DNA of 64,000 nt from a bacterium (lineage in GTDB: Bacteria; Auribacterota; Erginobacteria; Erginobacterales; DAOSXE01), in NCBI GenBank assembly GCA_035380285.1, contig DAOSXE010000015.1, positions 1,927-65,926 on the forward strand, read 5' to 3'. The stretch's first letter is position 1, and the number at the start of each line of letters is the position of its first letter. The notes under the pieces were generated by a model. The model saw only the letters and a list, made by a program, of their open reading frames with translations, ran no database searches and was not told where the DNA came from. The position numbers and the translations under genes were made by a program. Below, piece by piece: positions 8,926 through 16,720 of this stretch.

Positions 8926-11019
8926 ATGACCAGAGAAATACCAATCGAAAAAGTCCGAAACATCGGGGTCATGGCCCACATCGACGCCGGGAAAACCACG
9001 GTGACGGAACGCATCCTTTTCTTCACCGGCCGCAGCCATAAGATCGGAGAGGTACACGACGGCGAAGCGACCATGGACTGGATGGTTCAGGAACAGGAAC
9101 GCGGGATCACCATCACCTCGGCGGCCACCACCGCCTTCTGGAAAGGCCATAGAATCAACATCATCGATACCCCGGGCCACGTCGACTTCACCGCGGAAGT
9201 CGAGCGTTCGCTCCGGGTCCTGGACGGGACCGTCGCTCTCTTCTGCGCGGTGGGCGGCGTCCAGCCCCAGTCGGAGACGGTATGGCGCCAGGCCGAGAAA
9301 TACATGGTCCCGCGTATCGCCTTCATCAACAAGATGGACCGGATCGGGGCCGATTTCGACGGCGTGGTGAAGGAAATCGAGGTGACCCTGGGGGCCAACC
9401 CGGTTCCGATCGTGATCCCGATCGGGGCGGGCGCGGAATTCGAAGGCGTCGTCGATCTGATCGAGATGAAGGCGATTTTCTACGACGAGGCGCCCGTCGG
9501 GGCGCGGATCCGGGAAGAAGCCGTTCCGGCCGAGCTCAGGGAAAGAGCGGAAGCCGCCCGGGAGTTTTTAGTCGAACGGGTCAGCGAACAGGACGACGCC
9601 CTCATGGAGAAATACGTGGGGGGACAGGAACCCTCCCGGGACGAACTGACGGCGGCCCTGCGCGGGGCCGTCATCCGCGGGGAGGTCATCCCGGTCCTCT
9701 GCGGCGCCGCGTTCAAGAATAAGGGCGTCCGCCGGCTGCTCGACGCCATCGTCGATCTTCTCCCCTCCCCCCTCGACCTGCCCCCGGCCATCGGCACCCG
9801 CAAGGAGGAGAACAAGGAGATCATCCGCCACCCTTCCGAGGACGCCCCGCTGGCCGCCCTGGCCTTCAAGATCATGGCCGACCGGCACCTGGGGAAACTG
9901 ACCTACCTGAGGGTCTACTCGGGGGTGCTCGCCAACGGGTCGTTCGTCTTCAACTCCAACCTGGAAACCAGGCAGCGGGTGGGGCGGATATTCCTCATGC
10001 ACGCCAACAAGCAGCAGGCGGTCGACAATTTGAGAGCCGGCGAGGTGGGGGCGGTGGTCGGCCTGGCCGAGACCAGGACCGGAGACACCGTCTGCGACGA
10101 GGCGCACCCCATCATCCTGGAAAATATCGATTTCCCCGCCCCGGTGATCGGGGTGGCCGTGGCCCCCGCCAGCCGGGCGGACCGGGATCGCCTGGCGGCG
10201 GCCCTGAGCCGCCTGGCCGACGAAGACCCCACCTTCACCGTCCGCACCGAAGAGGAGACGGGCGAAGTGATCATCTCGGGCATGGGCGAACTGCACCTCG
10301 AGGTCATCGTCGATCGGCTCAAGCGCGAATTCAACGTCGCGGTCGAAGTCGGGCAACCCCAGGTCGCCTACCGGGAGACGATCCTGGGGGATATCGAGCA
10401 CCGTTACCGCCACGTCAAGCAGACCGGAGGCCACGGCCAGTTCGCCGACATCATCTTCCGGATCGAGCCGGGCCAACCCGGCGAAGGCTTCCAGTTCTTC
10501 AACGAAATCCGGGGGGGGAACATACCCCGGGAATACATTCCTTCGATCGAACGCGGGGTGGTCGACGCCATGGCCCAGGGACCCTACGCCGGATTTCCCA
10601 TGGTCGACATCGTTTATACCGTCCTGGACGGATCGGCCCACGAAGTCGACTCCTCGGACATGGCCTTCCGCACCTGCGCCGCAGTCGGCTTCAAGGAAGC
10701 CTGCCGCAAGGCGGGCCTGCAGCTTCTGGAACCGATGATGAGCGTGGAGATCGTCACCCCCGAAGAATATATCGGCCCCCTGACCGGGAGCATCTGTTCC
10801 AAGCGGGGAAAGGTAACGAGCCTGATCCACAAGGCCACGCACTGCGTCCTCGCGGGCCAGGTGCCCCTGGCCAACATGTTCGGCTATTCCTCGGAACTGC
10901 GCACCATCACCAGCGGCCGCGGCGATTTTTCCATGCATTTCGAACACTACGCCGCCGTGCCCTTCTCCCTGGCGGAGGAGATCGTGGAACGACGGCGCCG
11001 GGAAGAGAAAATTCCCTGA
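8926..11019 (+). CDS. fusA: Translation elongation factor G
   Basis: [34 protein letters not shown] and a full-length EF-G layout. Start chosen at [12 protein letters not shown] (8926); the track ORF starts at 8869. Confidence 0.95.
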   Translation: MTREIPIEKVRNIGVMAHIDAGKTTVTERILFFTGRSHKIGEVHDGEATMDWMVQEQERGITITSAATTAFWKGHRINIIDTPGHVDFTAEVERSLRVLDGTVALFCAVGGVQPQSETVWRQAEKYMVPRIAFINKMDRIGADFDGVVKEIEVTLGANPVPIVIPIGAGAEFEGVVDLIEMKAIFYDEAPVGARIREEAVPAELRERAEAAREFLVERVSEQDDALMEKYVGGQEPSRDELTAALRGAVIRGEVIPVLCGAAFKNKGVRRLLDAIVDLLPSPLDLPPAIGTRKEENKEIIRHPSEDAPLAALAFKIMADRHLGKLTYLRVYSGVLANGSFVFNSNLETRQRVGRIFLMHANKQQAVDNLRAGEVGAVVGLAETRTGDTVCDEAHPIILENIDFPAPVIGVAVAPASRADRDRLAAALSRLADEDPTFTVRTEEETGEVIISGMGELHLEVIVDRLKREFNVAVEVGQPQVAYRETILGDIEHRYRHVKQTGGHGQFADIIFRIEPGQPGEGFQFFNEIRGGNIPREYIPSIERGVVDAMAQGPYAGFPMVDIVYTVLDGSAHEVDSSDMAFRTCAAVGFKEACRKAGLQLLEPMMSVEIVTPEEYIGPLTGSICSKRGKVTSLIHKATHCVLAGQVPLANMFGYSSELRTITSGRGDFSMHFEHYAAVPFSLAEEIVERRRREEKIP

Positions 11020-11088
11020 AGCGGCGGCCGCGAGGGGGCCCGGCGGAAAAAAACCGGCTCCCCGGGGGAGGGAACCGGTCGTGGAGCT
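10915..11088 (+). repeat. Direct repeat copy 1 (174 bp): authentic fusA 3' end + spacer + 7 nt matching the tRNA-Ala 3' end
   Basis: By base-by-base reading it is identical to 21573-21746. It covers the last 34 fusA codons plus stop, 62 nt of spacer and TGGAGCT. Confidence 0.9.
11047..11078 (-). terminator. Hairpin + T7 terminator copy inside repeat copy 1, positioned to terminate the island operon
   Basis: Same sequence as 21705-21736. On the minus strand CCGG..CTCCC-CCG-GGGAG-CCGG is followed by TTTTTTT. Confidence 0.4.
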
Positions 11089-11281
11089 TTGTCCCTCGAT
11101 CTCAAACTTACTTTGACAACGAAAATGCGCCTACCGGAACATACGATTCGTGAAGTGTGGTTTACTTCACGACCGCGTGCGAGTATCGAGCCGCTCAGCA
11201 CGGGCGCGCAATAACCAGTGTCCTTTACCGTGCTGGCATATCATCACCGCTTTCCAGACCATAAGTACTCACTCGCTGAGT

Positions 11282-12310
11282 CTACGGCACCATCCTCGCG
11301 AAGTAAGGGTAGAGACGAGAGTACCGCTCGTAGTTGCTCATCTTGGCGATACTAACTTCCTCCGAGTCATCACCCTCAGTTAGATACCCTAGAGCGGTAA
11401 CACATACTGTCCCGTCTCCCGTTTCGGTCGGCAGAATTTCTTCGAGCTTCAGACGCTCCTTCGTGCTCAGCACCGGAACATCGATCTCATCGATCAAGCC
11501 CGAAGCAGTCACATAGAGGGGGCTCGTAGCCTTAAAGTGACCAAGCAACGCATCTCGGTTATTCTCCGGACAGAACACCCCTGTTATGCTTAACATAATT
11601 GTACCATCCGAGTACTTTGCCACCTGTAGCGGAAGAAAAGTCTTCGGCTTACTGCAAGCGCTCTCCAGAACCGATAGCACCATATGACTGAGCAACCATG
11701 GGAAGTTCTCCTCTTTGAAGTTCTCCCATGTGAACAGGTCATGGTCATAGGATACTTCTGCGACTGTCATGGCCTTCAGGTAATCATCTCGAAACTCATT
11801 GAAATCTTTCTTCTTGTAGGACGGAAGTATCTGCTGATGGCGCCGAAGCTTGACCTCCCTATATACCGGGGTCTCCGCCATGAGCGTTACCCGCAGCACA
11901 CTCCATTCAAGAGCCTGACGTGCGATACCGGACACTTCTGTCAACTCTTGTCGCCCAGCATCAACGTAATCCACCCACACAATCGTTGGTTTTTCGCTGG
12001 GAAACAGCGTTGACAGGAATTCCTCAAACCGACAGGACAGAAGTTTCACTTTTTTTGAACACTGGTGGAATTTCTGTCGCCTGTACGTCTCACCATCACT
12101 CTCAACCGACACCATGTCAAGGTTCGGGAACACGTTGCTCAGCAACCTGAAGTCTTCAAGAAACGGACCTCCAAACCCGATATACAAATGCTCTTTCAAG
12201 CTATGTGTGAGTTCAAACGTACGCAGCAACTCGACCAAGACCAAGCGATCAATAGCCTTGTTGGATCGCAAATGATATGCTGGATGTTTTGGTTTTCTGA
12301 GCCAGGTCAT
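11282..12310 (-). CDS. Hypothetical protein, last gene of the island operon; N-terminus weakly Rossmann/methyltransferase-fold-like
   Basis: 342 aa. The start overlaps the upstream gene by 4 nt. The pattern LYIGFGGPF ... MVSVESD ... VKLLSCRFEEFL ... TIVWVDYVD resembles beta1-beta4 of a class I MTase fold. I recognise no catalytic motif. Confidence 0.5.
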   Translation of the reverse strand: MTWLRKPKHPAYHLRSNKAIDRLVLVELLRTFELTHSLKEHLYIGFGGPFLEDFRLLSNVFPNLDMVSVESDGETYRRQKFHQCSKKVKLLSCRFEEFLSTLFPSEKPTIVWVDYVDAGRQELTEVSGIARQALEWSVLRVTLMAETPVYREVKLRRHQQILPSYKKKDFNEFRDDYLKAMTVAEVSYDHDLFTWENFKEENFPWLLSHMVLSVLESACSKPKTFLPLQVAKYSDGTIMLSITGVFCPENNRDALLGHFKATSPLYVTASGLIDEIDVPVLSTKERLKLEEILPTETGDGTVCVTALGYLTEGDDSEEVSIAKMSNYERYSRLYPYFARMVP

Positions 12311-13740
12311 TCCCTCGCCTCCTCAAGGATCACGTCAAAGCACCTCGCCCCAACATTGGATGGATTTCTGTCGGGGCTATCAAAGATGTACTGTGAAACA
12401 CGACGCACATCCCTGACAGCACGGGTAAAGACTATTCGCTCCGTCGTCTTCTTCTTGTCCGGTCGCGGTAACACAGGTTTGTACTGTTTGCCTTTCACGG
12501 CACCGCGCGTCGCAGTCATGTGCAATTTCAATGCTCGAGTTCGAATCTCGTCAAGCGTCGCTTTGTGTGTTGATCTCATCTCACATCGAGACTTGGCAAC
12601 GAGATCCTTACCTTTCCATTGGTTAGTGTACTGAGTGAACATCTTTGTTCCCTCAATCATCTTGTCACGCACCTGCAGGTAAAGAGGAGATGAGGCCTCG
12701 ATCCCTCTTTTGGTTGTCGTCATAGGCAAGAGATTCGCGTCATCCGCACTGAATATGACAATCCCCGATATCGCAATGAATTGCATGTGGTATTGCGGCA
12801 CTCCCGAAACTCCCCACCCAGTCAAAGGCGTCTTGTCACAGTAAACTACAGTTCGGTCGTTGCAGATCACAGTCCACCCGGCCTCTGCAGAAGAATACCG
12901 CTCCTTGTAGTTCTCAAGGCCTTCGTCTGCCTCCTCTCGGCTGGGGATCGGGCTCGTGAAACCCACAACAAGGAACACATCAACCCCATCGTGTTTCCCT
13001 TCGTAGATAAAGGGCATTATCGGGTGCTTCGATCTCACCGCTTCCTCCGCGAATAGCAGGCTTATGCTCCTAGGAGTTACCGCCTTTCCGTTGATACGGA
13101 CTTCAAACCCCTTGCCAATGATGTACGCATAGTGCGTCGCTACGGCCTCACGAAACGCTCTCTCAAAGGCTCCGGATTCGAATTCCGTACGCACGGATGA
13201 GTAAATACTTCTGATTTCAAGTGTGGTACCAAGAGTTTCTGCTGGCTTGATCGCGACTACGGGAATCAACCAGTCATCCTCTTTTGATATCCACTGCGGT
13301 GATAGCCGCAAACGGTAAGAACCGTCCTTCGCATGTGTTCTGATTGTGCAGTCCGCTCCCATCTTGAAGATGGCGCGCTTCATCCCAATTCCATACGTAC
13401 CGATGGTTTTTTTCCCCTTGTCTATGTCCGCTTTAATCCGTCCCATGCGAAAGGCGTAGTCATGGTATCTCACCGGTATCCCCCCACAGTTGTCTTCAAT
13501 CCTGAAGCGCGTCCCGTCAAACTCAATACTTGCCCAATATCCCTCGTATGGGAGACGCCTAGAAAGTTGCCGTTTCGTTTCAGCCCGCTGAATACCATCT
13601 ACACAGTTATCCAGCAGATCCAGGATCGCATCCTGAAGCTCGATGTCCCTTGTTAGCATATGTACGAAAAACGACTTGACCGGATTGGCCGGAATGTGTG
13701 GGATCTTCCTAAGATGCATCTGAGTAACCTCCTTATTCAA
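12307..13740 (-). CDS. GHKL (Bergerat-fold) ATPase, MORC-like / HATPase_c_3 type
   Basis: N-box AILDLLDNCVDG, G1 box EDNCGGIP, G2 box IGTYGIGMKRAIF. 477 aa, with a ~220-aa uncharacterised C-terminal half. Confidence 0.75.
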   Translation of the reverse strand: MNKEVTQMHLRKIPHIPANPVKSFFVHMLTRDIELQDAILDLLDNCVDGIQRAETKRQLSRRLPYEGYWASIEFDGTRFRIEDNCGGIPVRYHDYAFRMGRIKADIDKGKKTIGTYGIGMKRAIFKMGADCTIRTHAKDGSYRLRLSPQWISKEDDWLIPVVAIKPAETLGTTLEIRSIYSSVRTEFESGAFERAFREAVATHYAYIIGKGFEVRINGKAVTPRSISLLFAEEAVRSKHPIMPFIYEGKHDGVDVFLVVGFTSPIPSREEADEGLENYKERYSSAEAGWTVICNDRTVVYCDKTPLTGWGVSGVPQYHMQFIAISGIVIFSADDANLLPMTTTKRGIEASSPLYLQVRDKMIEGTKMFTQYTNQWKGKDLVAKSRCEMRSTHKATLDEIRTRALKLHMTATRGAVKGKQYKPVLPRPDKKKTTERIVFTRAVRDVRRVSQYIFDSPDRNPSNVGARCFDVILEEARE

Positions 13741-14914
13741 TAAACTCCTTCATGCGACTAAGTACGCTTTCTGCCAGAATCGGGCTGATGCTATTCCCGA
13801 TCTGTCTAAAGCTGTGCCACTTCGTCGAGTCGAACTGGAACCAGTCGGGGAAGCCCTGCAACCGGGCCGCTTCCCGGGGAGTAATGACGCGCGGCTCTGT
13901 GGGGTGAATTGGCCGAAGGGCTTGGTAGCTTCCATGCTCCGGGTCTGAGCCCGATCTTAGAGTCGGACAGAACCCCTTCCGTGCCAAACGCACAGCTCGC
14001 GAAGGCCCGTCAATGGCTCCCTCCGCCAGCTTGGCGAATCTCTCCAGAACGGTTTTCGTATGCCGTGTACCAAGACAGCCTGAAACGCGGTTCTCGTCTT
14101 GCAAGCGCCTAATCGCCTCCAGATCGCCAACACCCTCTGGTATCTTGTCGCGAATCCTTTCCCAAAACGGGCCGCTGTTGTGAGGCGTTACTGTGCGCCA
14201 ACTCTGGGCTTCTTGCTGCCACTCAGGACTGATCTTCTGGCGAAGACCTAGAAGTGCCGTCCCAACGTTGACTTTCGCGACGTTGGCAGGGGGCGCAAAA
14301 CAATCCTTCGTCAACCCGTTCGCACGCCCCACAACAATACCAATAAAGAACACTCGTTCTCGACTTGTTGCCGCGCCGAAATCCGATGCTTTGAGAATAA
14401 TAGGACCGAGGTTTATGTAGTTAGCCACTCTGGCCAACGCATTCGCGCGAACTTCGTCGAATTGAGAGTCCCGTATGCCTAGCACGTTCTCAGCAATGTA
14501 AAACGTGGGTTGAAGCTCCGCCACCAACCGAAAGAAGTGGTCGAACAGGTTGTTGCGCGCGTCATTTGGTTTGCGGCGACCGATTCGACTAAAACCCTGG
14601 CATGGCGGTCCACCGATAACCCCATCAATTCCGTTGATGTCGATTTGGGCCTTCTCAATAAGTTCTGCGCCTGTGAGTTCAGCAATGTTTGCATCAACGT
14701 ATTCGTATTTAGGGAAGTTCTTCTTGAAAGCGGATTTGGCTTGGGCATTGTTATCCACGGCTGCGGCAATCTGGAAGCCTGCGCGCGCTGCACCGAGAGT
14801 CAACCCTCCCACACCGCAGAACAAGTCAATGACCGTCGGCATACCTTCTGTTCCCTTCGCCGTTTTTCTGTTACCCGTGAAGCTCAGATCCGTCTCTATT
14901 CTTAACTGTATCAA
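13733..14914 (-). CDS. dcm: DNA (cytosine-5)-methyltransferase
   Basis: Motif I DLFCGVGGL, motif IV GGPPCQGFS, motif VI ENV, motif VIII SRERVFFIG, motif X QIGNSISP. The true start may be the internal MPTVIDLF. Confidence 0.9.
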   Translation of the reverse strand: MIQLRIETDLSFTGNRKTAKGTEGMPTVIDLFCGVGGLTLGAARAGFQIAAAVDNNAQAKSAFKKNFPKYEYVDANIAELTGAELIEKAQIDINGIDGVIGGPPCQGFSRIGRRKPNDARNNLFDHFFRLVAELQPTFYIAENVLGIRDSQFDEVRANALARVANYINLGPIILKASDFGAATSRERVFFIGIVVGRANGLTKDCFAPPANVAKVNVGTALLGLRQKISPEWQQEAQSWRTVTPHNSGPFWERIRDKIPEGVGDLEAIRRLQDENRVSGCLGTRHTKTVLERFAKLAEGAIDGPSRAVRLARKGFCPTLRSGSDPEHGSYQALRPIHPTEPRVITPREAARLQGFPDWFQFDSTKWHSFRQIGNSISPILAESVLSRMKEFIE

Positions 14915-15313
14915 TCACAGGCACTCCTCAAATCCATCTTCTGAAAGAATCGCTAGCCTTCCCCCTCTGCGAATCCAAGTGGCTATTCTCTTCACATCTC
15001 GGCCTTCACCAAACGCTGGGGTGCGCCTCCGAACGGCGCATTCCCAAATCACGAGAACACGCCAGCCCATATCTAGCAGTTTGCCTCGCACGCACAAATC
15101 TCGCAATCTGTTGCGTTTAATCTTCTTATTCCAAAACTGCTGATTGCTCTTTGCCTTCGGCCTTCGACCACATTCATGCCCATGCCAGTAGCATCCGTGG
15201 ACGAACACAACAGTCTTATGCCCGGCTAGAACAATGTCAGGTCGGCCCGGTAGATTCCTGGCGTGTAACCGATACCTAAAGCCTTCTCCAAACAGCGTCC
15301 TACGCACCTCCAT
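14915..15313 (-). CDS. vsr: Very-short-patch repair endonuclease (N-terminally short)
   Basis: GFRYRLHARNLPGRPDIVL...VFVHGCYWHGHEC...FWNKKIKRNRLRD...GWRVLVIWEC is the Vsr signature. It abuts the dcm start. Confidence 0.85.
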   Translation of the reverse strand: MEVRRTLFGEGFRYRLHARNLPGRPDIVLAGHKTVVFVHGCYWHGHECGRRPKAKSNQQFWNKKIKRNRLRDLCVRGKLLDMGWRVLVIWECAVRRRTPAFGEGRDVKRIATWIRRGGRLAILSEDGFEECL

Positions 15314-15386
15314 TTCCGGGCCTGTGTTTTTCCCCGATTCGCAGCCATGATCTTGTGCCGAGTCTCAGCATTTACTCGGTCCACCA

Positions 15387-15653
15387 TCAAGACTTCCCTG
15401 CCCTTTTGTCCCGTTGATGCACTTTGTTATGACAAACGATGCACAATGTCTTCAGGTTCCCTTCAATATTTACGCTGCCCTTCACGTGATGCTCGATGTG
15501 ATGCAACTCCAAGTGTCGCGGATCGAACGGGTTCCATTCGTCGTGCGCCCACGCGCAAAACCGGCACTTGTCCCCGTCGCGCCGAAGCAACGGAAGCAAG
15601 CCGAACACACAGTTCAATCGCTTGTCCGACATAGAGATGTGGGGCGACCGCAA
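15387..15653 (-). CDS. Small HNH endonuclease
   Basis: CRFCAW...LELHHIEHHVKG...NLKTLCIVCHNKVH (HNH/Zn-ribbon pattern). 88 aa. It overlaps the 3' end of the upstream gene by 40 nt, or 19 nt from the internal Met. Confidence 0.75.
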   Translation of the reverse strand: MRSPHISMSDKRLNCVFGLLPLLRRDGDKCRFCAWAHDEWNPFDPRHLELHHIEHHVKGSVNIEGNLKTLCIVCHNKVHQRDKRAGKS

Positions 15654-16720
15654 CCTGCAATCTCACCAACCGCCTGACCGACAACAGCGTATGTGTCATA
15701 GCTCGGTATCCGGAGCATTGGACCGGTGAAAGACGCACAAAGAAGAGGTACTCGTTCGCGTAGATGTGCAGACCCCAAATCTCCTCCGCCAATCTTCACA
15801 CCATGGTCAGCCACTACGAACACCCAATCGCCAGAACGAAGAAAATCCAAGAATGACTGTAGAAAAGCGTCAAACCGCTCAAGGGTTCGCCAGCACGCCG
15901 ATGCATCTCCCATGTGGGCATAACGGTCAAAATCCTCCAGATTGACCATGATAAATGCCTCGTCCTCCGCCGCTGTAACCTCTGCATTCAACAGCTCAAA
16001 GCACTGCTCGTCTCGCTCAGTTCGTACTGCCATATTCGCTGGCAAGGATAGGATTTCCTGCACCTTGCCGTTGACTATCCGTCTCCATCCAAGCGGCACG
16101 AATTTCTGCAGCAGAGACTCTCCATCGATCATCTGAAAGAAGTCACGCCGTAGTTCTTCAACCGGTTCTCCGCCACGCAACGGTCTTGCAAGCACCTTCT
16201 TCACGCATAACTCCGCTGATGCATCCAACATGCAGCGGAGTGCCTGTGCGACTTTATATAGACACTCACGGGGCACGACAATTTCATCTGCACTCACGAC
16301 CACAGTGCTGTCGAGCCCCCTATAGAGCATTATTGCCCCAGTTTGCAAATGTTCGAGCCACAACTCCGGGAGAACATCCCTGCCCCTTCCCTGTTTGTTG
16401 CCAATCAACTTAACTCCACAATTATTGCCAAGCTTCATCAGAACATCACGCGGTAGCGGTTCCGAGGGTATAGGGTGAGGTTGTTTAGTTATCCATCCGA
16501 ACATCTCGCGATGTCCTTCCTCCGATCCCACCGCGACTGACGCTTGTCTCATCACATGTCCACGACCCGTGACCGCAGCATCCAATCCCATATTAAAAAG
16601 GACTGGAAGAACGGAGATTTTGCGGCCGTACTGTTCGCACAGAGTCCCTAGGGTGCTGGTCTCACCGCCGTCAGGAGCAACTCCAAAACCATCTACAACG
16701 ATCACAAAAACGCGCGACAT
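15614..16720 (-). CDS. Phosphopentomutase (DeoB)-like metalloenzyme of the alkaline-phosphatase superfamily
   Basis: Blocks are collinear with E. coli DeoB as I recall it: RVFVIVVDGFGV (RAFIMVLDSFGIG), GHREMFG (SGHWEIAG), VLARPL (VIARPF), NLEDFDRYAHMGD (NFVDFDSSWGHRRD), VVADHG (LTADHG), HLRERVPLL (HTREHIPVL). Confidence 0.7.
   Translation of the reverse strand: MSRVFVIVVDGFGVAPDGGETSTLGTLCEQYGRKISVLPVLFNMGLDAAVTGRGHVMRQASVAVGSEEGHREMFGWITKQPHPIPSEPLPRDVLMKLGNNCGVKLIGNKQGRGRDVLPELWLEHLQTGAIMLYRGLDSTVVVSADEIVVPRECLYKVAQALRCMLDASAELCVKKVLARPLRGGEPVEELRRDFFQMIDGESLLQKFVPLGWRRIVNGKVQEILSLPANMAVRTERDEQCFELLNAEVTAAEDEAFIMVNLEDFDRYAHMGDASACWRTLERFDAFLQSFLDFLRSGDWVFVVADHGVKIGGGDLGSAHLRERVPLLCASFTGPMLRIPSYDTYAVVGQAVGEIAGCGRPTSLCRTSD

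Noticed and set aside
11148-11170. 8-bp inverted repeat CGTGAAGT-N7-ACTTCACG at the fusA-proximal end of the island, considered as the operon terminator or a terminal inverted repeat.
   Set aside because: No U-tract follows on the minus strand, and I could not find a matching copy at the other island end. The duplicated hairpin+T7 at 11047-11078 is a better terminator candidate.
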